Source of the DNA: Nitrospirota bacterium
Lineage (GTDB): Bacteria; Nitrospirota; UBA9217
Direction: 5' to 3'
Assembly: GCA_963845065.1 (NCBI GenBank)
Contig: CAWJQQ010000008.1
Coordinates: forward strand, 224,001 to 288,000
DNA: 64,000 nt
Part shown: positions 41,686 through 51,791 of the stretch, piece after piece
Position numbering within the stretch: the stretch's first letter is position 1
Layout of the letters: each line of letters begins with the position of its first letter
The notes under the pieces: model-generated
The model's input: the letters and a program-made list of their open reading frames with translations, nothing else
Databases searched by the model: none
Told to the model about the DNA's origin: nothing
Program-made: the position numbers and the translations under genes

Positions 41686-42585
41686 ATGAAACGGAATCCG
41701 GTTCTGACGGTGCTGGGGACCGCGTTGGCGCTTGGGGTATTATTCGTTCTTATCCTTGCTGTCGCATCGTTTTTCACCGGGAGCAAGGGACGATTAGTTT
41801 CCTTGTCGGTCGTCAGTCCAAACAGAGTAGCACTTGTAAAAATAGAGGGATTGCTTACCTCCTCAGATGACATTGTAAAAGAACTACATGATTACACCGA
41901 GGACGGCTCCATCAAGGCCATTGTTCTTCGGATAGACAGCCCTGGCGGTGGTGTGGTCGTTGCCCAAGAAATCTATAACGCAGTTAAGAACGCTCGAAAA
42001 GAAGGAAAGAAAGTCGTCGTGTCCATGGGATCGGTGGCTGCATCAGGTGGCTATTACATTGCAGCGGCAGCTGATAAGATCGTCGCCAATCCTGGCACGC
42101 TCACCGGAAGCATCGGCGTCCTCATGGAGTTTGCCAATGTTGAGAAGCTGCTGGATAAAATCGGAGTAAAAGGGGTTGTTGTAAAAGCGGGACAATTCAA
42201 GGACGTCGGATCTCCGTTCCGTGATATGACCGATCAGGAAAAGAAGCTTTTGCAAGGAGTTATCGATGATGTCCACTCTCAGTTCATCGATGTTGTTGCC
42301 CATGGTCGGAACATCCCGCTTGACGATGTTAAGGCAATAGCAGACGGCCGTATATTCACGGGACGCCAGGCGCTTAAGCTCAAGCTCGTCGACAAGATGG
42401 GAGACCTGACGGAAAGCATTGAACTTGCGGGAACGCTGGCGGGAATCAAGGGAAAACCGATAATCGTGGAAAAAAATAAAAAGATTCCGTTCCTTGATTA
42501 TTTGAAAGAAGAGTCTGCAGCATGGATTGGTGACGTCATTACCAAAGGACTCAGCAGGAACACCGTGTCATTACAGTATCGATAG
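41686..42585 (+). CDS. sppA: Signal peptide peptidase (S49)
   Basis: RIDSPGG, AASGGYY, GSIGV, DGRIFTG. Confidence 0.93.
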   Translation: MKRNPVLTVLGTALALGVLFVLILAVASFFTGSKGRLVSLSVVSPNRVALVKIEGLLTSSDDIVKELHDYTEDGSIKAIVLRIDSPGGGVVVAQEIYNAVKNARKEGKKVVVSMGSVAASGGYYIAAAADKIVANPGTLTGSIGVLMEFANVEKLLDKIGVKGVVVKAGQFKDVGSPFRDMTDQEKKLLQGVIDDVHSQFIDVVAHGRNIPLDDVKAIADGRIFTGRQALKLKLVDKMGDLTESIELAGTLAGIKGKPIIVEKNKKIPFLDYLKEESAAWIGDVITKGLSRNTVSLQYR

Positions 42586-42614
42586 ATTCTGTTTTACTTC
42601 GAGGAGGGGATTGC

Positions 42615-42899
42615 ATGACAAAGGCGGAACTGGTTGACAAGATAGCCGAGAAAAAGCCGGGTTTGACCAGGAAACAAGTGGAAGTCGTCGTCAATACTGT
42701 GCTCGACGGAATAAAAGAAGCCTTGTCTCGTGAAGACAAAGTGGAAATCCGGGGCTTTGGCAGTTTCCGTATCAGGCATCGTCGGGCAAAAGAGGGCAGG
42801 AATCCCAAGACCGGTGAGACCGTCCAGGTGCCGCCGAAAAAAGTGCCATTCTTTAAAGCTGGCAAAGAGATGCGAGAAATGGTCGACGGGAAGTTCTAG
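42615..42899 (+). CDS. ihfB: Integration host factor subunit beta
   Basis: MTKAELV..VEIRGFGSF..GRNPKTGE..FKAGKEMRE; position after rpsA-sppA. Confidence 0.88.
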   Translation: MTKAELVDKIAEKKPGLTRKQVEVVVNTVLDGIKEALSREDKVEIRGFGSFRIRHRRAKEGRNPKTGETVQVPPKKVPFFKAGKEMREMVDGKF

Positions 42900-43087
42900 C
42901 CCACGATTATTGCTGTATGGCCGCATGTCTTTCAACGGGAAGCTGACGAATTCCATTCAACAATACCAAAAATGCAAGAGCCACAAGGACGTCCGAAACG
43001 AAAGAGCATTCAGTTCGTGAATTGCTGCCGCATCGGATGGCTTGGTGGCTTTTCGTTTTTGCAGCATATGTACCTCTGACCTGAAAG

Positions 43088-43735
43088 ATGATGAGTACTG
43101 AATATTTCGACGTACTGGACTGCAGTGCTAGGAAAACCGGGGAAGTAATCGCTCGCCACGTGGCGCATCAAACCGGTGTGTGGCATGGGGCGTTTCATTG
43201 TCTTATCATCGGGGAACTGCACGGCCGCGGTTATGCGCTGTTTCAGAAGCGGTCGATGACGAAAAAAATCGCACCGGGGAAATTTGACGTGAGCGTGGGC
43301 GGGCACTATGCTGCTGGCGAAAACGCGGCAACCGCGGGCCCGCGCGAAATCAAAGAAGAGCTGGGGATCGACGCACGGTTCGATGACCTGATTCCTATTG
43401 GACGGAGGGTCTTTGTATTCTGTTTCACGCCCGAAATCAGGGAATACGAATTCCAGGATGTTTTTTTCTTCCCTAGAAACATCCATCCCGAGGAACTTAC
43501 TCTCCAGCCCGATGAGCTGGACGGCGTCATCGAAATGGGAGTGGATCAGGGGATATCGCTTTTTTCGTGCTCGGTACCGCAGACTGAGGTTCTCTTACAC
43601 AAGCGGGATGGCCGGCGGGAAACTATTCGGGTCTTTACCCACGATTTCGTCCCTTCTCTTGATAACTATTACCTTAAACTGCTCCTGCTTTCGCGCAGAT
43701 ACTTGAGCGGTGACCGTGAACTTCTTTTGATTTGA
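43088..43735 (+). CDS. NUDIX-family protein (IPP isomerase-like)
   Basis: EYFDVLD..HQTGVWH..FQKRS..SVGGH..REIKEELG. Confidence 0.8.
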   Translation: MMSTEYFDVLDCSARKTGEVIARHVAHQTGVWHGAFHCLIIGELHGRGYALFQKRSMTKKIAPGKFDVSVGGHYAAGENAATAGPREIKEELGIDARFDDLIPIGRRVFVFCFTPEIREYEFQDVFFFPRNIHPEELTLQPDELDGVIEMGVDQGISLFSCSVPQTEVLLHKRDGRRETIRVFTHDFVPSLDNYYLKLLLLSRRYLSGDRELLLI

Positions 43736-44197
43736 CCTTGACTATCCCGTTATTTCAGATAGAATTAATTCATCCTCAAATAATCACTCAACCATGGATT
43801 CGTTGTTATAATTTTTTACCGTTAGCAGGAATCGCTAATTCGATGGAATTCTTACTACTCTCAAGTTGTTTTTATTTGATTTCCTGTCTTTATCCAATTT
43901 TATCGTTTGTTTTAACTACTTAACGAAGCTCATGCACAGCACTGGAGTTCCTGATAAAGGAGGCGTTCATGAGCGGTTAGTGTGTTATAAAACGAAATTT
44001 TATGGCATGCAAGTGGGGAACGAACGGGACCGCGACTGGCTCATATGGCAAAGGCTCTCAGGTTGTTTCGTCCAGATTGCTCGTGTTAAAAGTGATGCTG
44101 CCTGAGAACGAATTAAGCGAGCTGACGAATTACGTGCAGAGTCTGGAATGAGCGCCGTATGAGGAATATTGAACATTGGACTATCCAATACTGTGAC

Positions 44198-44446
44198 TGT
44201 AATCCCAAAATAGAAGTGTCCTATTTTAAGATATTAAGACAGTTGTTCAAATGTCAGGGGAGCCTGCATTAATGCACCTGCAAATGCTCTACGTATCGTA
44301 AACGACATAAAAGTAGTGCTAACAGAGCTTGATTGCCATGAGATCCTTAAAAAGTTCAGTTTGAGTACGGCTAGAGGCGCTTTTAATGTAAAAGAAGCGG
44401 ACATTTCTATTTTGGTGTGATAGGACAGTTCTACTTTGGGACAACA
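44198..44446. mobile_element. 249-bp MITE with TGT...ACA ends and a 17-bp target-site duplication (IS1202-like)
   Basis: Direct repeat ctatccaatactgtgac at 44181-44197 and 44447-44463; imperfect terminal IRs tgtaatcccaaaatagaagtgtcctat / ataggacagttctactttgggacaaca; extra subterminal ggacatttctattttgg. Confidence 0.85.
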
Positions 44447-44596
44447 CTATCCAATACTGTGACTTGACTATCAATGCAATGAGGGTAAACTTAAAAAAGC
44501 TGTGTCCGGCAAGATGTCTGCGATAAGGAGGATAGGGGGGTAACACCGCAGCATTTAATGCTGCGTGCAAGCATCGTTTTCTCCCTGGCAAACGGC

Positions 44597-45112
44597 ATGA
44601 AAATAACATGGCTTATCAGCGGACTGCTCGTTGTTATTGTCATTGTCCTTTCCGTTCTTGCATTCATGTATATTTTACCGCTCGATCTTCGGGACCGTTC
44701 TCCGATCCAGCCGATCGCATTTAGTCATAAGAAGCATGCCGGCGACAACGCTATTCCTTGCCTTTTCTGTCATCGCTATGCTCCAAAGTCCACGGTCGCC
44801 GGAATTCCGGCAGTTGCGGACTGTCGCGCCTGTCACCTATTCATTGCTCAGAACTCTCCGGAAATCAAGAAACTGATGAACTATTGGGAAAATAAACAGC
44901 CGATCCCCTGGGTCAGGGTCTACGGCGTACCGGATTTCGTATATTTCCCGCACATGATGCATATACGCGCCGGGCTCGACTGCGGTGCCTGTCACGGAAA
45001 CGTTGCCGCCATGGAGCGGATTACCCGGAGCGTCAAAATTAAAATGGGCTGGTGCCTAAACTGCCATCGCGGGCATAAGGCAAGCATCGATTGCTGGACT
45101 TGTCATAAATGA
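44597..45112 (+). CDS. Membrane-anchored pentaheme cytochrome c (ActA/QrcA-like)
   Basis: N-terminal TM; QPIAFSHKKH; five CxxCH motifs (CLFCH, CRACH, CGACH, CLNCH, CWTCH). Confidence 0.9.
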   Translation: MKITWLISGLLVVIVIVLSVLAFMYILPLDLRDRSPIQPIAFSHKKHAGDNAIPCLFCHRYAPKSTVAGIPAVADCRACHLFIAQNSPEIKKLMNYWENKQPIPWVRVYGVPDFVYFPHMMHIRAGLDCGACHGNVAAMERITRSVKIKMGWCLNCHRGHKASIDCWTCHK

Positions 45113-45122
45113 GGGAACCCGA

Positions 45123-47321
45123 ATGGATAGAAGAACCTTTTTGCAGCTAAGCGGCATAACTGCAGCCAGCGCTTTTTTGGCAGGGTGCACATCCGCAAAC
45201 GAGAAACTGATACCCTACCTTATTCCGCCAGACGAGGGTGTGACTCCAGGTGAAGCCATTTATTATGCCAGCAGTTGCCGATTCTGTCCAGCTGGCTGCG
45301 GTATCCTGGTACGAGTGTCCGAGGGGCGGGCAAAAAAAATCGAAGGCAACCCCCTACATCCCGTCAACATGGGCAAACTGTGCGCTCGGGGGCAGGCCAT
45401 TTTGCAGGAGTTATATCATCCCGATAGAATAACGCAGCCGCTCAAGCGGACAGGGGCCCGCGGCTCCGGAGAATTTACGAAGATTTCCTGGGAAGAAGGC
45501 ATTGACCTCTTGACCAGTAATCTCAAGACCTTGAAACAGGAAAAGGCTACCGGCCGCCTGGCATTGCTGACACCGGAGCTTCGCGGCACTCTCGCTGAGC
45601 TGACAACGCGTTTCATGCGATCCTTCGGTTCACCTCGTCATCTCTCTTACGAGTTGCTCGGTCCCGACTGGCTGCGTGCGGCCGCCCGTCAAAGCTTCGG
45701 GCAGGCTAACCTTCCTTTTTACGACGTGGCTGAGACCCGCTATCTGCTCAGTTTCGGCGCCGATATTATAGAAAGCCACTTGTCTCCCGTGCAGTACGGC
45801 TATGCCTTCGGCAAGATGCGCCAGGCGCGGGACACGGTCCGCGGTCATTTTACTTATGTAGGCGGCCGGTTGTCACTGACGGCCGCGTCAGCTGACCGGT
45901 GGATGCCTGCTAGTCCCGGAAGCGAAGGAGTATTGGCACTCGGCATGGCCCGACTGATTCTGGTGGAGTCCCTTTACGAAAGAGATGCTCTTGCGTCGAA
46001 CGGGCTTTATGCGGAGGAGCTGCTGAAGGAACTCGCGGCGTACGATCTTCCCCGCGTGTCGGAGCAGACAGGTCTTTCGCAGGCAGCTATAGCTGAAGTG
46101 GCTCGAGAATTCGCTGCAACGCGACCAGCACTGGCTATAGCAGGGGAGGCTGTCGCCTTCCAGAGCAACGGACACGAATCAATCCGCGCAGTCCAACTGC
46201 TCAACGTGCTGGTGGGGAGCCTGAACAGACCCGGTGGGATTTATCCGGACATGGGGTCACCTGATGGCCCAACAAACTCCTTCGAAGAACTCATCTCTTT
46301 TATTGCGCAAATGCACGGAAACCAGATTCGAATGGCTATGATCTACGGTGACCCGGTCCATACCATTCCGCCAGCCACGGGCTTCCAGGAGGCGCTGGCC
46401 AAGGTCCCGTTCCTTGTCAGTTTCTCCTCTCTTCTCGACGACACGGCCCTGATGGCTGATCTGGTATTGCCGGACCATGCTGCTCTGGAGAGCTGGGGGG
46501 ACGTGATTCCGCTGGCCGGCACGCGGGAAGGTGTTGTCGGACTCATGCAACCTGTTGTTACGCCCGTCTTTGATACGCGCCAGTTCCCCGAGGTGCTGAT
46601 GACAGCTGCGAGTGAACTTGGAGGGGAGATGAAGGGGGTATTTCCGTACCCATCTTATTTGGAAATGCTAAAGGCTGACGCGAGAAAGCGTGTTGGCATT
46701 TCCGGCAGCAAAGACTTCGAAACAACATGGGTAGATCTTCTTCGTAAGGGAGGAATCTTCAAAACGAACCCAGGACAAGTAAAAGGTTATACGTGGTCAG
46801 GAGGCGTGAAAATTCCTAAACCTCCGAAACCCCGGTTTGCAGGGAATGAAAAGGAATTTCCGTTTCATCTGTGGGTATATCCATCCATGGCTTTTTTTGA
46901 TGGCCGGGGTGCTCCGCTTCCATGGCTGCAACAGTTTCCTGACCCTATGACTACCGTGGTATGGGGCAGCTGGGTTGAAATGAACCCAAAGACCGCTGCC
47001 GAGCTCGGCATCAACTTCGGCGATCTGGTTGAGGTGACTTCTCCCCAGTCATCCCTGCGCGTGCCGGTGGTGATATACCCTGGCATTCGCCCCGATATCG
47101 TCGCCATGCCGCTCGGTCAAGGGCACCGCGAGATGGGTCGGTATGCAAGGGGGCGCGGCGCGAACCCTCTTGCGCTGCTTGTGACGACGATTGAAGGATC
47201 CGCGCCCCAACCCGTGTGGAATGCCACACGCGTGCGCGTGAACCGAATTTCGGAGAAAGGTGAACTGGTAACAACAGGTAATCCGCAAGGGAGCTATCGG
47301 AGCGACTTGATAGAGATATAA
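45123..47321 (+). CDS. Molybdopterin oxidoreductase-like subunit (ActB1/QrcB-like), Tat-exported
   Basis: MDRRTFLQ Tat signal plus LAGC lipobox; CRFCPAGC...KLCARGQ; WLQQFPDPMTTVVW. Confidence 0.88.
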   Translation: MDRRTFLQLSGITAASAFLAGCTSANEKLIPYLIPPDEGVTPGEAIYYASSCRFCPAGCGILVRVSEGRAKKIEGNPLHPVNMGKLCARGQAILQELYHPDRITQPLKRTGARGSGEFTKISWEEGIDLLTSNLKTLKQEKATGRLALLTPELRGTLAELTTRFMRSFGSPRHLSYELLGPDWLRAAARQSFGQANLPFYDVAETRYLLSFGADIIESHLSPVQYGYAFGKMRQARDTVRGHFTYVGGRLSLTAASADRWMPASPGSEGVLALGMARLILVESLYERDALASNGLYAEELLKELAAYDLPRVSEQTGLSQAAIAEVAREFAATRPALAIAGEAVAFQSNGHESIRAVQLLNVLVGSLNRPGGIYPDMGSPDGPTNSFEELISFIAQMHGNQIRMAMIYGDPVHTIPPATGFQEALAKVPFLVSFSSLLDDTALMADLVLPDHAALESWGDVIPLAGTREGVVGLMQPVVTPVFDTRQFPEVLMTAASELGGEMKGVFPYPSYLEMLKADARKRVGISGSKDFETTWVDLLRKGGIFKTNPGQVKGYTWSGGVKIPKPPKPRFAGNEKEFPFHLWVYPSMAFFDGRGAPLPWLQQFPDPMTTVVWGSWVEMNPKTAAELGINFGDLVEVTSPQSSLRVPVVIYPGIRPDIVAMPLGQGHREMGRYARGRGANPLALLVTTIEGSAPQPVWNATRVRVNRISEKGELVTTGNPQGSYRSDLIEI

Positions 47322-47353
47322 GAAGCAGCATAACATTGGAAGGATTTCATACA

Positions 47354-48073
47354 ATGGAAAAAATGACGAGCCCCTATAAGTGGGGAATGGTGGTCGACCT
47401 TGACCGCTGCACTGGCTGCGGAGCCTGTGTGGTTGCGTGCCAGGCGGAAAACAATGTTGCTATCTGCGAGAAGAAGGAGATAGCCGAGGGCCGCAACATG
47501 CACTGGCTGCGCATCGAGCGGTTCTGGGTGGGCGAGTACCCACAGGTGCGGGTGCGCTTTTTGCCCGTGCTCTGCCAGCATTGCCATGACGCACCCTGCG
47601 AGCCGGTTTGTCCAGTTTATGCCAGCTACCACAATCCTGATGGATTGAATGGCCAGGTATACAATCGTTGTGTCGGTACTCGTTACTGTGGTAACAACTG
47701 CCCCTATGCCGTCCGCGTCTTTAATTTCCACGACCATGAACATGCATGGCCGTCCCCCCTTGAAAACCAGCTATCCCCGGACATCACCGTACGTCCCCGC
47801 GGGGTGATGGAAAAGTGCTCTTTCTGCATCCAGCGTATTAGACGCTCCAAGGAAGAAGCAGAGACGGAAGGGCGATTAATCAGGGACGGTGAAGTACAGC
47901 CGGCCTGCGTCCAGACATGCCCACCCGAGGCTCTAGTTTTCGGTAATATATCTGATCCGCAGAGCCGTGTTTCCCGGCTGTCGCGCAGTCCTCGCAGTTT
48001 CCGGCTCCTGGAGCATCTGGGTACGCATCCGTCGATCAACTATCTCAAGGGAGGAGGACGCGAGCATGTCTGA
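47354..48073 (+). CDS. 4Fe-4S dicluster subunit (ActB2/QrcC-like)
   Basis: CTGCGACVVAC, CQHCHDAPCEPVCP, CVGTRYCGNNCPY, MEKCSFCIQR. Confidence 0.9.
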   Translation: MEKMTSPYKWGMVVDLDRCTGCGACVVACQAENNVAICEKKEIAEGRNMHWLRIERFWVGEYPQVRVRFLPVLCQHCHDAPCEPVCPVYASYHNPDGLNGQVYNRCVGTRYCGNNCPYAVRVFNFHDHEHAWPSPLENQLSPDITVRPRGVMEKCSFCIQRIRRSKEEAETEGRLIRDGEVQPACVQTCPPEALVFGNISDPQSRVSRLSRSPRSFRLLEHLGTHPSINYLKGGGREHV

Positions 48074-49433
48074 GCATGCGATTGCTGAAAAGAGCCCGAG
48101 CCAGCTGAACGACGAGATGCTTTCGTCCTTGCGGCCTCCGACATGGCGCTGGTACGGCCTCGCCGCCTTCCTCGGTGCGATTGTGGCCTGGGGGCTCGCG
48201 GCCTTCACCTACCAGGTGATGACCGACCTTAGCGTAACAGGCCTGGACCGACCGGTGATGTGGGGGCTTTACATTGTCAATTTCGTGTTCTGGGTCGGCC
48301 TGTCTCATTCAGGGACCATGGTCTCGGCAATTCTACGTCTCTCCAAGGCCAACTGGAGAAGACCCATCCTTCGTGCCGCCGAGGCGATGACCGTTTTCAG
48401 CATCACTGTTGCTGGCCTCTTCCCCGTCATTCATCTGGGTCGCAACTGGGTTGTCTACTATTTTGTGCCTTATCCCAATCAACGGGGGCTCTGGCCCAAC
48501 TTCCGGTCACCGTTGCTGTGGGATGCGACAGCGATTACGACTTACATCATTGGGAGCAGTCTCTTTCTCTATCTAGGCATGCTTCCCGATCTTGCTGTGG
48601 TGCGCGACCGCTCGGCAGGCTGGAAGAAAAAAATTTATGCCGTTCTCGCCATGGGGTGGAGGGGAACGGCCCGCGAGTGGGTGGTGTTCCGCCAGGCCTC
48701 TACGCTCATGGCGGCCCTCATCATCCCGGTTGCAGTCTCGGTGCATTCGATCGTGGCCTGGGATTTCGCCGTCACGGTCGTCCCGGGCTGGCACAGCACG
48801 ATCTTCCCTCCCTATTTCGTGATCGGAGCGATCACATCGGGCGTAGCTGCGGTTATCACACTCATGATCATCATCCGGAGGGTCTTCCACCTTGAGGACT
48901 ATCTCACCCCGGAGCACTTCGACAACATGGGAAAGCTCCTCCTCGTCATCTGCCTGCTCTGGTCCTATGCTTATTTCGTCGAGGTCCAGACCACTTGGTA
49001 CGCCCACGAGCCTATCGATTGGGAGGTATTCAGTTTCATGTCAGGCAAGTACACGCCGTTTCTTATCCTCATGCTCATCGGCAACTCGGTGCTTCCGGTT
49101 ACGGCCCTCTGCTTCAAGAAGATCAGGCGTTCCATCAAGGCGATGCTCGTGATAACCCTCTTGGTCAACGTAGGCATGTTCATCGAACGCTTCCTTATCA
49201 TCGTTCCAGCCCTGTCGCACAAAAACATGCCGTTCGTGTGGGGCACCTACTCTCCCTCCTGGGTGGAACTTTCCGTGACCGCGGCAGCCTTTGCCGGGTT
49301 CACGCTCATGTATGTGTTATTTGCGAAGTTCTTCCCGATGGTGGCTGTGACCGATGTGCGGGAACTTGGGGTACGCCATACTGACGTCAGCCTCGGCCGG
49401 GCAAAAGTGCATTCGATCTCGGAAGAGGAGTAG
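48066..49433 (+). CDS. NrfD/PsrC-family quinol-binding membrane subunit (ActC-like)
   Basis: YIVNFVFWVGLSHSGT, WPNFRSPLLWD, VSVHSIVAWDF, WHSTIFPPYF. Confidence 0.9.
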   Translation: MSEHAIAEKSPSQLNDEMLSSLRPPTWRWYGLAAFLGAIVAWGLAAFTYQVMTDLSVTGLDRPVMWGLYIVNFVFWVGLSHSGTMVSAILRLSKANWRRPILRAAEAMTVFSITVAGLFPVIHLGRNWVVYYFVPYPNQRGLWPNFRSPLLWDATAITTYIIGSSLFLYLGMLPDLAVVRDRSAGWKKKIYAVLAMGWRGTAREWVVFRQASTLMAALIIPVAVSVHSIVAWDFAVTVVPGWHSTIFPPYFVIGAITSGVAAVITLMIIIRRVFHLEDYLTPEHFDNMGKLLLVICLLWSYAYFVEVQTTWYAHEPIDWEVFSFMSGKYTPFLILMLIGNSVLPVTALCFKKIRRSIKAMLVITLLVNVGMFIERFLIIVPALSHKNMPFVWGTYSPSWVELSVTAAAFAGFTLMYVLFAKFFPMVAVTDVRELGVRHTDVSLGRAKVHSISEEE

Positions 49434-49438
49434 AAAAT

Positions 49439-49465
49439 CAAGTTCAAAGTACAAAGTTCAAAGTG
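49439..49465 (+). repeat. Short heptamer tandem repeat (caaagtN)
   Basis: caagtt caaagta caaagtt caaagtg between the actC-like and actD-like genes. Confidence 0.6.
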
Positions 49466-49514
49466 AAAATCGAAGAATTGTATGGATCAAGTCGATTCGC
49501 ACTGGAGTATAAGA

Positions 49515-50024
49515 ATGGAAACTCTCGGGACATTCAAAGATGTTGAGACAGCCAATAAGGCCGTGGATAGCCTGATCAGGGCGGGGTTTACCGAACGGGA
49601 GATCACGTCGCTGACTTCCGCGCCCTATCCCGACGGGGTGATCGTGAAGACCGTCCAGCGCACGTGGTTCCGTTGGATGTCCGTAGCCGGCGGAATTTTC
49701 GGTGCCTGTGCAGGTTTTCTTTTGGCTGCCGGCACTGCCTATATGTATCCCGTGCAGACCGGCGACAAGCCGATCATTGCCTATTACCCGACCGGCATTA
49801 TCACCTATGAACTCACCATGCTCTTCGCCATTTTGGGGGCCATCGTGGGCATGTTCCTGGAAATGAAGCTCCCGCCCCGAAAAGAGCGGCCCTATGACCC
49901 GGCCATTGGTGAGGGTTACATCGGCATCAGCGTGCTCGTCGCCCGCCCGGGAGATCGAAGCCGGGCTGAGTCCATCATGAAGGAAGCAGGCGCCCTCCGC
50001 ACAACTTCAGAGGAGACGCTATGA
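49515..50024 (+). CDS. DUF3341 / ActD-like membrane subunit
   Basis: Two TM helices, YPVQTGDKP..ITYELTML; operon position. Confidence 0.8.
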   Translation: METLGTFKDVETANKAVDSLIRAGFTEREITSLTSAPYPDGVIVKTVQRTWFRWMSVAGGIFGACAGFLLAAGTAYMYPVQTGDKPIIAYYPTGIITYELTMLFAILGAIVGMFLEMKLPPRKERPYDPAIGEGYIGISVLVARPGDRSRAESIMKEAGALRTTSEETL

Positions 50025-50479
50025 AAAAACCTTTTTCCATATTGGCTGTTCTCGTGGCCGCACCAGTGCTGATGGCTGCAATCTGGCTGGATAACCAGCA
50101 AACCTACAAACCATATGAAGCGCCAGTCCTAAGCCCTCCTGCAGGCGCCGTGCCCATTTCCGGTAAGGAGATCGTTTCGCAAGAATCAGAACTTCGAAAT
50201 CCCATCGTTCCGACAGCGGCATCCCTGTCTCAGGGGAAGGCACTCTTCGAAATCAACTGTGTCATATGCCACGGCCAGACTTCAGCAGAACGAGGACCGG
50301 TCGGGAAAAAACTAGTACCACCGCCGCCAGGCCTCGATCATGACATGGTGAAGGGCTTAAGCGATTCCACGATATTTAAGGCCATCACCTTCGGCTTCGG
50401 CCGCATGCCCGTTTTCAAGGACAAACTCCTGCCGGATGAGCGGTGGAGTCTGGTCAATTTCCTGCGTACCCGCAAATGA
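50021..50479 (+). CDS. Monoheme cytochrome c (ActE-like)
   Basis: PPAGAVP, NCVICHG, GRMP, ERWSLVNFLR. Confidence 0.85.
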   Translation: MKKPFSILAVLVAAPVLMAAIWLDNQQTYKPYEAPVLSPPAGAVPISGKEIVSQESELRNPIVPTAASLSQGKALFEINCVICHGQTSAERGPVGKKLVPPPPGLDHDMVKGLSDSTIFKAITFGFGRMPVFKDKLLPDERWSLVNFLRTRK

Positions 50480-50753
50480 GGCAGCTCGCGCAATTGTTGA
50501 CCTGTGGTTCCCCTATTTAGTGCAACTGCGGGACCAAAGGGCGGACCTCACCCGTGATGGGGAAGGCCGCGTGGTTTTGCTCTGTCATTCCGAAAATGAT
50601 GTTGCCCAAGAAAGAGCAGGTGGGGCTGATTATTGGAATTTAGAGCGCTTGAATTATACTAAGAATGCTGAAAGCGCTGGTGATCGATCGCATTGCAAGC
50701 CACTGACAAAATTCGAGTTGAATGAGTCGCTCGCAATGAGAAGATGGCTTCAA

Positions 50754-51142
50754 TTACGCCTCCTGCGGGCCGGCGTGCTCGATGTAGTTGAGAATGATGC
50801 TGCCGTCTTCCTTGTACTGAAAGGGCTTGATGATGTATCCATGGATGTCGAGCTTCGAGCAATCGATGATATCGTGTTCTGTTTACAGGGACGTTGCCAT
50901 GACGATTTTTGTGGTACAGTCCTTCATCGTTTCCCGGATTTCCTTGAGCAAGGAATAGCCTGTCATGACCGGCATCACAATATAGAGAATAATAATGTCC
51001 GGCCGCCACTCCTGATATAGGTCAAGGGCCTCTTTGCCGTTCATGACGAAGCGCATCTCAAAGAGGTCCTAGGCGAGACCTTTTCGATAAAGTTCCCGCG
51101 TGTCTTTATCGTCTTCAGCTATGGTATCTTGGTCTTAGCCAT
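50754..51142 (-). pseudogene. Single-domain CheY-like response regulator pseudogene
   Basis: Manual translation MAKTKI/IAEDDKDTRELYRKGLA*DLF..NGKEALDLYQEWRPDIIILYIVMPVMTG..MATSL*..GYIIKPF: one frameshift, two stops, and Tyr at the phospho-Asp position. Confidence 0.8.
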
Positions 51143-51791
51143 CCTGCCATCTCCCGACAACAATAGTGTTCTTGTTTGCGCGTCCGTAATCCGCTCTGAG
51201 ACGAGAATTGTAACCAGATAGATGCTATAGACCGTTACTGCGTTGAGTAAGGAGAATGTGAACTTTGCGGGTAAAAAATGATGACCCAGATGCCGATAAG
51301 GCCCATTCCCATGAAATAGGGAGCCCTGTCTGCATGACCATGCTTTCTATCACCATGGAAGCACCTAAAATCCCTAGATAAACAAGATTTTTTGTGGAAG
51401 CGAATACCCCGATGTTTATTTCTGATCGCTGTGACATAGATGACTGGCAGGCTGCCGGAAATTGAAATCCGCCAGATGAAAAATGTTCTAAAATTTTCCA
51501 CGGTTGGTCACATAATCTAGACCGGCAAAGAGCATGAACAGTATTGCGCCGCTCAAATATATGATGCATGATCAGGGCTTACATATACCAGCAAGGTTGT
51601 TTACTATGTAAGAGCTTTTGTCCATGTGGGAATGGGTGTGCGCTGTCGGAAATAGAGATGTCTGAACTGAGCACAGAATACAGCATTTCGTCTCTTATTG
51701 TCAGGTAGAGGTAAAACTTAAGCAAAATCTGCTACAATATCTCCATAACATGATCACGTAAACGAATAAGCACTATCACATGTGATTAATC

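Noticed and set aside
43969..44151. Possible cytochrome c remnant (SD, ATG, ...LPENELSELTNYVQSLE)
   Set aside because: Early stop and no CxxCH; similarity limited to one helix
50436..51020. 194-aa plus-strand ORF
   Set aside because: Antisense shadow of the decayed response regulator on the minus strand
51225..51600. Overlapping minus-strand ORFs, possibly a frameshifted membrane-protein pseudogene
   Set aside because: No family could be assigned with confidence
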